From: Phaeosaccion multiseriatum
Lineage: Eukaryota > Protista > Ochrophyta, other classes
DNA: 64,000 bases
Direction of reading: 5' to 3'
NCBI GenBank assembly: GCA_965112735.1
Contig: OZ218964.1
Coordinates: forward strand, 1,798,001-1,862,000
The notes beneath the pieces are model-generated. The model saw only the letters and a program-made list of their open reading frames with translations, ran no database searches and was not told the origin of the DNA. Shown piece after piece: positions 33,618 to 45,412 of this stretch. Position 1 is the stretch's first letter. The number at the start of each line of letters is the position of its first letter. The translations under genes and the position numbers were made by a program.

Positions 33618-35700
33618 CTACGGTCCTGTTGTGTGCATGGCATTCGACCAGCTGAGCTTCAACCGCGGCCGCACCTTTCTCTTCGCTCGTCTGCTGCGGA
33701 TGGCCGCGGTTACGCCTGAGCCGACTATGCCGCCTGCGCCAAAGGAAGCCTCTATCGTCAACTGCTGCTGGCGCCGGTAGTCATGCTCTGTGCTGTGAGA
33801 TGAGGCGCAGCACAGCAGCAGGCCCTGTCGCCCACCGAGCAAAAGAAGCAGGGCACTGTGGACGCAAAGGGTTCTCATGCTCGAGCGACTGTCGCTGTTG
33901 AGCATGTCCTCAGCTCGGGGGAGCTGCACGGAATCCCCTTCCCGCCCAGACTTCGCCTCAACCATCGGGGGCTTTGCCTGAGGGGATGCAGATGCACGGG
34001 AGAGAGCAGAGTGGACGGCAGAGAGGACAGGAGATAGGAGGGGAAAGGGTAGAGAGGAGAGATGGACAGAGGGTAGGTGATGAAGGGAAGAGAGGGGTGG
34101 GGGGTCAATCTCGGTGGTGGGTCGAGCGATGTCCGATGCTTCTCAGACACCCCCCCCCCCGCGAGGGTAGCGCCCCTCAGCTGCTGGCTGCACTCGTGGA
34201 GGAAACCTATTAGGCACCCGCCCACCCTCCTCGTGCCCAGCTGAGGCGCACGTTGGCCGGGTGCTGGGCGAAGAGGGGGTCCAAAGGTGTCTTCGCCAGC
34301 TTGCATGACCAACTACATCTGCCCTACGAGCAGCTCTCGCATCTTTCCTCCCATTTCTCTCCGCCCCAGCCTTGAGAGCCTTGCAGACTTACGGACCTGT
34401 TGAGAAGAAGTTGTGCGCACTCCTCCGCGCACCTCGTCAGCGCGATACGAGGACATCAGGGCGTACCCTTGGCCCCACCCCTCGCCCCCCACAGCATTGC
34501 GCAACCCATCCATCGCAGCCACGACAGGGCACTGCACAGGGTTTGTTGCTCGTCCTCTCGCGGACCCGCACCTCACCCTTCTGAAAACTACCCTCTTCGT
34601 TCCCTCTGAAGTCCAAGATTTCCCGCTTCATCCACGCTCCTCGCTCAATGGCCGTGAGAGCACGTCTTGATATCTTGTCCGCATCCATGCTTCTCCACAG
34701 CTGCAACAAAGAGTTGCAGCTGTCTTTTCGATCAGAGGCACTCGCGGAAGCCAGTTGGCTTCCCTTCCCTCCTCGTCACCCGCACGCCATACTCTTGCTG
34801 TCATCGCTGTGGCTGGGAGCGCTCATGATTGTGCTGTGCTCTACTCGCCAGCGATAATGGGGAGGAGACATACCACTTTCTGCATTCCTCGCCTTGCCCA
34901 GCATCCGCCTCCGCTGCTGACCCAGTACGGGTGGAGCTGTCTCCTTTCTCAAGGCTGCGGCGGCGGCGGCTGCTGCTGCTGCTGCTGCTGCTCTCTTCTG
35001 GTCCATCTTGCGCATGCCGCTGCTCCGCACCTCAGGCAGGTAGCGCCGCTGTGCACTCCTGATTGGCTGCTATGTGGGGTCGAGAAAGGGACATGCAAAG
35101 GTTACGAGTGTCTGTCCGACCCATAGTCGCTGGGCCATATTTGCCAAAGCCCTCTGCCCTGTTGAGCAGGACCGCCGCCAGCCCCCTCCTCCGTACCTCC
35201 GTCCACCCCGCGTCAATAATCGTCATAGCTTCGACGGCCTCTATGGCAAGGCGTCCAACTCAGGCCACTCCCGTCCGCCTTCAATACCCAACTCTCTCGG
35301 AGCATGCGATGCAATGTGAGAAATAATACAAGAGCTTGCTCCAGCTCCAGCTCCAGCTGGGCCTGCCTCAGCAACGAGGGACTACCACACTGCGATGGTA
35401 GTTACTGTAACCACGCTGCCACCTCAATATACCCCCTCCCTCAAGTCCGGCACCTGGAGCTCGCCGTGCGTGGGGCCGGAGAAGCAGCCTTGGGGTGATG
35501 CCCGCAGCCACCACTCTTGGACGAGTCTGACGCCTGCCTCCTGCGTCCCAGCTTTGGCGTCCCCTGTGTCCCGAGCGTTACGGCTCCATGCTCGTTCAGC
35601 GGCCCTGGCCCGCCACGCGACATGGCTGCTACACTGGCGCTGCTGTGGCGCTTGCTCTTGCCACGGCTGCTGGTCTCCTGCGCTGTGCTCAGTGACACCT
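33618..35700 (-). CDS. Possible multi-exon hypothetical gene or gene remnant (model unresolved)
   Basis: Several minus-strand ORF pieces bounded by GT/AG-like sites; no recognisable domain. The upstream side abuts the duplication breakpoint. Confidence 0.3.
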
Positions 35701-35811
35701 TCTGAGATTCTTGCTCGCCCAAGAGACACTGTTGAAGGCCCACACGTTCCTGAGAGACATGCAGAGCACGGTCCACAGCAGGAAGCCCACCTGCTGCAGA
35801 AGGCCCTTCAT
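35689..35811 (-). pseudogene. Truncated duplicate of the ankyrin gene's targeting-peptide region
   Basis: MKGLLQQVGFLLWTVLCMSLRNVWAFNSVSWASK-NLRRCH* versus MKGLQQQVGLLLWTVLCMFLRNAWAFTGVSWASK at 59956. Confidence 0.75.
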
Positions 35812-36701
35812 CTTTCCCGGATCGCGAGTCCAAATGGAGTCCAGCTGGCCTAGCGAGTTGGTGGCTCAACCGCCAACTGTAGGCTTTTTCTGTAACTTGC
35901 TTTCTTGAGCGAGACCTGCTTCCAAATAGCCTCTTCTCTTCCTCTCCGCCGCGTAGTTGAGGCCATAAACCCGTTTCAGGCTCGCGCGACCGTGGCTGCC
36001 GCTCCTGGAACGTGACCCTCGTCTCCGGGGCTCCAGACGCTTTCGGAAGCAGCGATCAGAGAATGAGCCACAACATGTCGTGGTTCTTCTCCGCCTTTCC
36101 GAACCTCGTAAAGGCGGGCTTGACGGAGAATTTCCGAGCCTTCGTCGAGCGGTACCCACCAGGGTCCACGGACGTCACCAAGGTGAGTACCGCCAGGCCA
36201 CAACCCGTGTCTCTTGCTCTCGCCCTCAACTCTCCCTCCTCCCTTGTAACACACGCACAAACACTGGCTACGTGCACGATCATCACAGTGGACAGGGGGC
36301 GATCTCTTGGAGATGACCAAGGTACTGAGCATTGAGGTTATGGAGAAAGAGCTACGAAACGAGGTGCGTGGTCGTACCTCACAAGGTGGCTCAAGCTTTG
36401 AAGGTATCGCTCATAGAGGTGAGTGGAGACTCACCAAGCCATTCGTGCGGCTGCTCCGTTGCTTCAGGACTTCATCCCCGAGGATGAGAGTGAGGAGTCT
36501 CCCTTTGGATGCCTCGAAGCCAGTGAGATTGACCAGATATTTGAGAGCAGCAGCGTTTCGCCGGAGAAGGTGGAGGCTCTGAAGGTCGCGCTTCGCTATT
36601 TAAAAGGGGACTTTACGGACAACGCATCTGTAATGGCATAGCGGCACCGCACTGTCCTCTTGGGAGAGGGGTGAGCGCAGCGACCAGGAAAGTCGGGGTG
36701 A
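35709..36701 (+). repeat. Inverted segmental duplication, copy A (partner 59058-60058)
   Basis: High identity to the reverse complement of 59058-60058 over about 1 kb. Confidence 0.95.
36063..36641 (+). CDS. Small uncharacterised protein, copy A (3 exons; possible extra 5' exon from 35834)
   Basis: MSHNMSWFFSAFPNLVKAGLTENFRAFVERYPPGSTDVTK|WTGGDLLEMTKVLSIEVMEKELRNE|DFIPEDES...YLKGDFTDNASVMA*, joined by phase-0 GT-AG introns. Confidence 0.7.
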
Positions 36702-37856
36702 TAGGTGGAGAGGAGCAAGGGCGGGGTGCGCGATCGTGATTGCAACTGTGTTCTCTATGGGAACTCACAAGTCTCTGCCTGAGCGACCGAAGCTTACCAA
36801 GCGTGGATCAAAGATTCAACCATATTCAAGAAGTGATCTTCCTTCCAGCACAACTGCCCTCGCTCCCGCCGCCGGTGCTTTCCTCACGATGCAATGGGTG
36901 TGTGTACCGCGCTCTGCTGCTTCATCAGGGTGTTGGCGTGTGAGGCAGGGCAGTGGCGCCCCTTCTCAACTTCACTTTTAGTAGCTGTCAAACAGCCTAC
37001 TGTTCACTCCAAGCCCCTCTCCACGAAGAGACATACAAGTTCAGGTGTGGGTGTATATTGTAGACGTTCCACTACCTCCCTGCATTCCTTGCCCCTCCTA
37101 TCCCCCATGCACCTGTCCTGTGCTCCAACGCCGTGCCGTGGACGCTCCTAATCCTCCGAACCCTCCCTCTTTGCCACACCTCGCCATCACCACTGAACCA
37201 AACCTTTGTCCTTCTCTCCACGCACGCTTCCCCTTACTCATCCCCCCGTCGGCCTCTTTGCTTGTACCGGTTCAAACCTTACGTACCGTAGACCTCCATA
37301 AATGTAAACCCACATCGACTCCCAAGGTCGAAGTGTTGACCCACACACCTACAAGGGCCATGACCGAGCAGGGACTTGGCTTCAAAACAAGAAGGAGCAT
37401 CAGAGTGCCAGGCGGGAGACGGGAGGGAGAGAGGGGAAGAGCAAGAGGCAGCGGGGAGGGGCGAGCGGGAGGTGAACAAACAAGACCCTTCCATGTCCTT
37501 CCTTCCTTTCTTATCTCTGCTATTGTCAAGCTTAGAGAAGAATGCACTGAGGGGCACTGTGACAGGGCCTTGGCTTGTCTTGTCCCTGGCGTATCCGTCA
37601 TTTGATCTCTCTGCCGGCCGCAGCACCCAACTGGGCAATGGCACAGAGTCAAAGAGGGGGGGGATAATGAGCAGGGCTGACCCGTCAATGAGGCATACCA
37701 CTTCTCTCTATGAGGTTGAAAGGGTATCTCGGTCGATCTTTTACAGGGACACAGAAGCGTAGCGTCGAGTACCGTGGAGGGAGAGAGGGGAGCCACGCGT
37801 CACGCGTAAAATATTGTATTCAAAAGTGCACTAAATCCGGAAATACGGCGTATCCT

Positions 37857-37939
37857 GCTGATATGACCGAGTTGGTTAAGGTGTTCGATTAGAAATCGTA
37901 TGGGCCTTGCCCGCACAGGTTCAAATCCTGTTGTCAGCG
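37857..37939 (+). tRNA. tRNA-Ser(AGA)
   Basis: Acceptor stem GCTGATA/TGTCAGC, D loop AGTTGGTTAA, anticodon loop TTAGAAA, long variable arm GGGC/GCCC, T arm ACAGG-TTCAAAT-CCTGT, discriminator G. Confidence 0.93.
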
Positions 37940-37946
37940 TCACAGC

Positions 37947-37971
37947 TTTTTTTTCTTTTTTTTTTTTTTTT
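37947..37971 (+). terminator. Pol III oligo-T terminator after tRNA-Ser
   Basis: T run starting 8 nt after the tRNA 3' end. Confidence 0.75.
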
Positions 37972-38068
37972 CTCCGTGCCCTGGTCCTTAACGTGTTGTA
38001 CTCCGCCCTGTGATTTTCTCCCCTCGCTCCCGCTGTCTCGCTCTCCGATTTCTTTTTTGGCCAGCCAC

Positions 38069-39551
38069 ATGATGAACACCAAAGATGACGAGTACGGAAG
38101 TGGGAGAGAGGGCGGCGGCTTGAGCAACAATCATACTCACGAGTCTCCGCACCATGAGTCGATTTCTGGGCAGCAGAGTCAAGGACCCGCCTCCGTCGCA
38201 TCTGATGAAAACGTCCCTCCCGCGGGCAACGCACCGCCACAGGCAAGCTTCCCCTGCACTGAACCTGCTTTCTCCTCTTCTCATCTCACCTCAGCCCTGC
38301 TTCTCCTCCCCTCGTTTCGGTGCGGCAGAGCCCGGAGGGTGACGAGGATGATAACGCGGATGTTGCCATGGACGAAGTGGATAGCGCTCCTGGAGAAGAA
38401 GCAACAGCAGTAGCAGCAGCAGCAGGTGCACCAGCAGGTGCGCCAGGAGAGGGGCGAAATAGTGAGTGCGCTAGTATTGGCTAAGACAGACGTGACTCGG
38501 CTAGAAGAGGCCTTGCCTGCTCAACGCTGCCTCTCGCGGGGGCGGCATCCCTCACGACGGCTTGATACCCGTGTACTCGGCTCCTCAGGTTTGCAGACGT
38601 GGAAAAGGAGCCTTGTAGTGGGCAGCGACTTGGATGTGTTAGACTCCGTGGACAGGTGGTGCGAGGCTGTCGTGGTCGACACAGATGACATCACGTGAGT
38701 GCGGAGGGCGGCGATCTCTCTCCCTTGCCTTTACTTGCTCCCCCGCGCAAGCAGCAGTATCTTCCACCGGGAGGGGTACCAAAGGGAGGGGGGAGAAAGC
38801 TAGCGGATTATCACGTCCGAAAGCACAGCCCTGGCCTACTACAGTAGTCTCGTTTTCCCTCACTTAACCCACCCACTCGTGTTCGCGTCTTCAGTGACAA
38901 GGTGCAAGTTTCATTTCGGTTTTGGAGCGACAAGTACGACGAGTGGATTGAGCGGAGCAGTCCCCGGCTGGTACCGTCTGCCTCGCAGACCTTCCAACCC
39001 GGCGGACCGGTACGTGAGCATGAGGCCCGAGTAAGCTGAACGGGAATTGAATTTGTGGTATGAGGCCCGCGTAAGCAGAAAGGCATTGTAGTTTGTGTAT
39101 TCATCTCCCCCCCGCGCCCCCCTATGGGCCAACGGTGTGGGAGGGGATGGCTGCTAGAGACCTCACTACGTACTTTGTTCCTCGTCCCCCCCCTCTCCGG
39201 GTGCGCAGCTGAAACTCGGCCAGCGGGTGGAGTGTCTAGATGAGCGGAACGAGTGGCTGAGTGCAGAGGTGAGAGAGAACACATGACCTTGCAAAGGAAG
39301 GCAAGCGGGGGAGAGTCGTGTCGTAACCCATTTACATGCTTGCGTACTACTGCTGCGCTGCTGTGCTGCTCTGCCGTCCTTCCCAGGTCGCTGAGGAGAA
39401 CAACAACACAGTGAAAATCCACTTTTCCAACTTCGTCTCCAAGTTCGATGTATGGCTGCCGCACGACTCACCCCGTATCAGACCGTACGGACGGTACAAA
39501 AAGCTGAGCAAAAAGCGTATCAACAGCGCATCATGGAAAGCAGCCATGCAG

Positions 39552-39585
<34 letters not shown>

Positions 39586-40859
39586 GACAACCACACCAGC
39601 CGCAGCCGCTTCGCCCCGCCAATCGCATGGTGACCAATGCGCCGAGCAGCAGCATGGACCTCAAGCACCAAAGGCAAATAAAGGTGAGGACTGAGCGCGT
39701 GGCACACTGCGCTTGGTACGACCCATTGGCCAGCAATGCGTGTCGTCTCACTGTTGTTGCTTGCCCTCTCCTGTACGGCAGGTCTTGACCGACCAGTACG
39801 CCAGCTACATGGCGGCACTCGCGCGCGAGGTAGGTGGCGGGCGGTGAGCTTTCTTTGCACGATTCTCTTCTTGAAGTGGAGAAGGGAAGCGTTTTAAACG
39901 CGTCTGTCGTGGCCATTCTTTTCTGAGCAGGGCCTCCGCATCGCCACCGTGGAGGGCGACGGCAACTGCCTCTTCCGGAGCATCAGCCACCAGGTACCTA
40001 CCATTCACTGTAGCTGACGTGGGGCCGCTCACGGCCACGCCCAACCGGAGACGTTTACTTGGTGCTCGCCTTTCCAGCCACACTCTGATTCGCCTCTGCC
40101 CTCATTCCTCCTTCCTCCCTCCGCCGCCCTCCTTCCTCCTTCCTCCCCCCTCCGCGCTCCTTCCTTCTTCCTTCCTCCTTCCTCTGTCCTCCACCCTCCA
40201 CTCTCCACCCTCCTTCCTCCTTCCTCCTTCCTCCCTCCTCCCTCCTCCCCCCGCCTTCCTTCTTCCTCCCTCTTCCTCCTTGCTCCCCCCTCCACCCTCC
40301 TTCCCCCTTCCTCCTTCGTCTGCCTTCCCTTCTCCTCCCTCTCTCCTCCTTCCTCTGCCCTCCACCCTCCACCCTCCACCCTCCTTGCCTGCCCAGGTGT
40401 ATGGCGACGACCGTTACCACGCCATCGTCCGCTCCAAGTGCATGGACTACATGCTCAGCGAGGAGGCTTACTTCGAACCCTATGTCGAGGGAGACAGGGA
40501 GGAGTTCAGGTGCGGTGGGGTGAGATACAAAGAAAAAGAAGTAGGGCACGGCAACTTTTCGCAGCAGGCTAAGGCTTTGTGAACGTGTAGCGTGCTGTTG
40601 CTTCCTCGGAGTGAAGGCCTTTAGACTGAAGTGTAGAAGGAAGAGTGGCAGGACCAGTACTGTCCTTGTCGACCCTCGCCACCGCTTCGATTGACCTACA
40701 TGGTACCCCGCGTGTACGAGGAGTGTGAAGGGGTGGTTAGTGTTGAGCGGGGTGGATCAGCGCCCGGAGAGGAGCAAGAGATGTAATGTGTAAGCTAGTT
40801 TTGTTGTTGCGGGCTCACCTCTTCGGTCTGCCGCAACTCCCCCCCCCCCCCCTCCACAC

Positions 40860-40916
<57 letters not shown>

Positions 40917-42382
40917 ATGAAACAGACGGTACATTGAAACGAAACGCCAGCTCAGCGTGTGGGGAGACGACCCGGAAGTGCAGGCCCTGTGTGAGATTTA
41001 TGACCGGCGCCTGGAGATCTGGGCCTTCGATAGGACGGTTAGTAGCAGCAGTTGGTGATACAGCAGCAGGAGCGAGTCTTATGAAATGCGCCGCATCTCC
41101 TCTTGTCTGGCGACGACCTCACGTTCCATGTCTAATCGATCGATCCTCATCAGGCTGGAGCTCGCACCCTGCGCACCTTCCATGAAAGGGGCCCGGTGTG
41201 CGACCGCCCCATGCGCCTGTCCTTCTACGGAGGGGGGCACTACGACTCCATCGTGGCTGTGGACGACGACAAGTTCCGCCTGCAGACCCCCGCGGGCCTC
41301 GTGGAGGAAGAGGCCATTCAGAGGTGATGAGGCTGAGCCAGGGGGGGGTTGAAGAAGAGGCAGGCGCCAGGGGGGCGGGGGTTCCCTCAAGGAGGGATGA
41401 GTGAGCAAAAGTTGCTGAGGGCCAGAAAAAGTAGTGAAAAGGGGGCGGCGGGAGGAGCAGGAGCAATGACTAACGACTGGAAGGAATGGCGAGGGGTTGA
41501 AGAAGAAAGAAGAAAGAGCAGGCTGAGGCTAACTAATGTCTAGCGCCTCTGAGGGGGTTGTGGTTGTGAGCCACTTGTTGATGTATGCGCTTTTTTTCTG
41601 TCTCCCCCCCTTCGCTCTTCTCGCGTAGGTCTAGAGAGCGCCGGCGAATGGCAGGTGTGAGCACGGAAGGCGCAGCGGCGGGCTCACAGGAGACCAAACA
41701 GAGCAGCGAGGACGCGGCGGCGGTGGAGCAAGCGGTCGTGGATATGGCCCTCCAGGCGAGTCGAGACGGCTTCGACGCCTGCGAGAGAGATCTCGAGAGC
41801 GCCCTCACAGCCTCAATCAAGCACCTCGCGGCCGAGGAAGAGGAGGTGTTGAAGCGTGCAGCTGAGGACAGTGAGTTGGTGGCGCTGCAGGAGGAGATGA
41901 TTCGGAGTGCTCAGGCTCAGAGCGAGGAAGAGCATCTGAAGGACGCCATGAGTGCCTCTCTGACGGCAGACATGGATGCCGCGTTGCAGGCTTCGTTGGC
42001 GGGAGAGGAAGAGGGGGCCACGAGCCAGGCCGCGATTCTGGCCTCTCTGGAGGGAAGGACGGGGGGGGCTGGCTCAGAGGTGTCGGCTCCTGCACAGTGT
42101 AGAACCACCGAGGGTACGCATGGCCAAGGTCCGGGCTCAGGCCCAGCAGCAGCAGCAGCAGCAGCAGGAGGAGGAGGAGGAGGGGGGGGGGGGGGAGGGG
42201 GGGCTGCTCCGACTCCGATGGATACCACTGCAGGAGACCCTGAATTAGCGGCGGCGATGATGGCGAGCATGAGTGACGCAGGAGGGGGGGACGACGGCAA
42301 CGCGGGGGGCCTGGTGGACCTGATAGACGAGCAGGAGGCGGAGCTCAACAGAGCCATCGCGGCGTCGCTGAGAGAAAGATGA
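38069..42382 (+). CDS. OTU-family deubiquitinase with tandem Tudor/MBT-like domains and C-terminal UIM-like repeats (OTUD5-like), multi-exon
   Basis: VGSDLDVLDSVDRWCEA...WSDKYDEWIERSSPRL and LGQRVECLDERNEW...FDVWLPHDSPRI; catalytic VEGDGNCLFRSISHQ|VYGD, WGDDPEVQALCEIY, LSFYGGGHYDSI; EAELNRAIAASL. Confidence 0.9.
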
Positions 42383-42889
42383 CGACGCTGGCGCCGTGTG
42401 CGTCACGCTTCCGAAGCACCACCTCAGGGTCTGGCAGGCGGGCAGTCTCGGACAGAGCACCCTCATCAACGACCACTGAAAATATCGCAAAGTTTTGTAC
42501 GTACATATATACTGTCGTATCGTCCTCACAGACCTAAGCGTTGCCGTTCTCTGCTGCTATGACTGGTGCTGTGCACGTGGTTTTGGCCTCTTCCTTCTCG
42601 GAGAAGCCCTGTCTTTGCATCCAACCCAAGGAGACGGCTCCGCGGTTACCCACCCACTGCAGCCTTCGCGCAGGCCACGTCCGCCTTAATATGGTTCGAG
42701 CTGTTCCCGCCTTAATTTGGTACGAGCTTCCCTCCTGTTCCCGCACGACGGTGGTCCTCACGCCAAGCTGCTGTCACGTCAGGCCATTCCTCAAACGCTG
42801 AGACGCAGATAACAGCAAGAGCGTCCAGCCCTTTCGTACACATCTTAAGCACGGAGGAGTCTGGATAGAGTCCCTTCATGCACATGTCA

Positions 42890-43177
42890 TTATTTTCGTT
42901 TCGCCCTATTGCCTGATCCCTTCTTCGTCTTGCCCTTTCCTCTCCGCCGAGCATCCACCAGCGAGCTCTTCCTCCAAGCGGCGTTTTCATCCATCTCTAG
43001 GATTACATCGGAGGGGAGAAACTTCCTCGCCACTTCTATGAAGGACTTCGGGTAGTAGTTACCTACTCTCTCGCCCACATGAGCCTTCAATGCCCACTTT
43101 CGCGCTCTCCTCTGTGTGCTCCAATCCGGCAAGTTCCCGAAGAGTCTCCGGCTCGCCTCCCTGATGTGCCTGTTCAT
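42890..43177 (-). CDS. MRPS33: Mitochondrial small-subunit ribosomal protein mS33
   Basis: SRRLFGNLP...VGERVGNYYP...RRRGKGKTKKGSGNRAKRK. Confidence 0.85.
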   Translation of the reverse strand: MNRHIREASRRLFGNLPDWSTQRRARKWALKAHVGERVGNYYPKSFIEVARKFLPSDVILEMDENAAWRKSSLVDARRRGKGKTKKGSGNRAKRK

Positions 43178-43409
43178 GAAGCTCTCTCGAAGACAAGGCC
43201 GGGGGGGGAGGGAGGGTCCTCAAGCCAATAGAACTCACTCAGGGGCGAGAGGGTATTGTCACAAGGATGTACAAAAATGGGGGAGGGGGAAAAGGAGACT
43301 TGCGGGGGTGCAAATCGACTCGGAAATCCAGACAAAGCAGGGTTTCCCAGCCGCCGTGTTTTCCTTAACGGCCTCACCCTTCTTCCTTCCACCTTAGCAG
43401 CTCTCTAGT

Positions 43410-44807
43410 ATGGCTACTGAGCAGAGATTTTACATTGAGGAGCTACCTGTAGATGGCGATGTACCTCCTCCCTCTCCTCCGCCTTCGGACGGAGACAGCA
43501 GCAGCGAATGCGACGAGGAAGGGGATGAGAATTGGGAAGGGGAAAAGCACCTGCAGCAGGGGGCGCCGCCACGGGGAGGAGGGGACTGTGAGGGTCTGAC
43601 GATCTTGGACGCTGGGCCTCCTCTGGGGGAAGCCCTCGAGACCCTAGGAGAGGGAGTTGGGCGGAAAATACAGGGGCGGTGGAGAATGGAGGCGCCCAAG
43701 AGTGTGGGCGGGCGAGCCTGTCCTAGTCCAAGGGGCGGGGCTACGCTGACTCCAGTGGGCCACGGGAAGTTGGTGCTATTCGGCGGTGTGGATATGAACC
43801 AAGAGTCTTTCCAGGGGCTGACAGTGTTTGACACAGACAGCCGGCTTTGGTCAGCACCCACGTGCACGGGGAAAGGTCCGCGCGCGAGAGGTGGGCATGT
43901 CGCCGTGCCTCTTCCAGTCGCAGCAGGCTCCTCACCGAACTCAAAGTCCCCATCAGCACGAACCTCCTGGCTGTTGGTGTTTGGCGGAATGCAGTACGAC
44001 AGTGGCTCCGGCAGCACCTTCAACGACATGTTTGTGCTCAATACGCATTCCTGGGTCTGGCATGAGGTTCCTGCGCTAGAGCCGCCGCCTCGCAACTCTG
44101 CCTCGGCGGTCTTACTCGCAGATGGGTCTAAGCTGCTCATGTTTGGCGGGGCTGCTCCCGATGGGCCCACCAACAGCGTGCACCTCTTGCAACTGGACGG
44201 GTTGCTGACCGCGTTGGGGCAAGGGTCAAATCAAGACGGACAGGACAGCAGCAGTAGTAGTAATGATGGTGGTGTTTTGGAATGTGAAAGCCTCCTCCGA
44301 TGGCAGACTGTGAGCTGCGCGGGAGACGTACCAAGCCCCCGAGAAATGGCCTCCATTTGTCATGTGGAGACGAGCAGCAGCGGCGGCAGGAGCGAAACGG
44401 TGCTCTTGATGGGCGGGAGAGACGCGGAGGGACGGGTTCTTAATGACCTTTACGCACTCCATGTTGGCAACAAGCAATGGTCGAGGCTGAGCGACGCTCC
44501 CGCCCCTCGTTGTGCGCACACGGCTTTGAGCATTCGCAAGGGCACGCAGGTGTTGGTCTTTGGGGGGTGGGACGGAGCCGCCACCTTTGCCGACAATGTG
44601 TGGATATATAGTGTTTTGGAGGACCGCTGGATGGAACGGCAAGAGGTGAGCCCCACTCCTGTGGGCAGGTTTGCCCACGCAGCTGCTGTGGAGGTCGCGG
44701 AGGCGGAGGGGCAGAAGGAGCCGAAGGTGTGGATATTTGGAGGCATCAACCCCATGCAGGACGTGACCCAACAGTCATTGATCAGTTTGGAAGGGAGCGC
44801 GTCATGA
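43410..44807 (+). CDS. Kelch-repeat beta-propeller protein (RABEPK-like)
   Basis: Six repeats of P-x-P-R...(L/V)FGG...D...W. Confidence 0.9.
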   Translation: MATEQRFYIEELPVDGDVPPPSPPPSDGDSSSECDEEGDENWEGEKHLQQGAPPRGGGDCEGLTILDAGPPLGEALETLGEGVGRKIQGRWRMEAPKSVGGRACPSPRGGATLTPVGHGKLVLFGGVDMNQESFQGLTVFDTDSRLWSAPTCTGKGPRARGGHVAVPLPVAAGSSPNSKSPSARTSWLLVFGGMQYDSGSGSTFNDMFVLNTHSWVWHEVPALEPPPRNSASAVLLADGSKLLMFGGAAPDGPTNSVHLLQLDGLLTALGQGSNQDGQDSSSSSNDGGVLECESLLRWQTVSCAGDVPSPREMASICHVETSSSGGRSETVLLMGGRDAEGRVLNDLYALHVGNKQWSRLSDAPAPRCAHTALSIRKGTQVLVFGGWDGAATFADNVWIYSVLEDRWMERQEVSPTPVGRFAHAAAVEVAEAEGQKEPKVWIFGGINPMQDVTQQSLISLEGSAS

Positions 44808-45412
44808 GCCCTTGGAGGTGACCCTCTCTGATCCGATCACACCTTGCTTCGAGAGGCCTTTCTGAGGCGTTTTGCTCCCCTCTTTCTCTGAATAACTGAA
44901 TGACTGGAGCTTCCTCGAGGGCGTAGCTAACCCGGCTGCTTCTCTCTTTCGATGTCTTGGACTCCACACCAGAGGGTGATCCTTCGCGTGGGTGACCCTT
45001 CAGGGGTTAGACGCGCATATAATGTACATAGTAGCTTCCTTGACAAGCCGTTTTTAAAGCACTGAATCAATTCAATCCCCCCGTCCTTCGATTGCTAAAA
45101 GTCACCACCTCCCCCCCGCGTCGTGATCGTCTCCCACACCACAAGAGACTCCAGGTAAATGAAGGAGAGCAGCTGTGCCTCCAGGCTATCAAGTCTTCGC
45201 TCCACCTGCTCTCTCACCTCGCTCTCTCGTTTGCTCTGAATTTCCTGTTATCTGGTGTTCTGTGCTCTCTCTCCCCACCCGCTCCATCCCTTATATAGCA
45301 AGGGTGCACGCAGCTCCCGTCCGCAGCAACCATTTCAGAGCCTCAGCTAAAGAAGCTCAAAACGGGCAGCAGCGGCAGCAGCCCAAGTTTGCCTGAGGCC
45401 GCGCCGTCCCCC

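Noticed and set aside
37800-38246. Minus-strand ORF with TGFEPVRARPIRFL
   Set aside because: Antisense reading of the tRNA-Ser gene.
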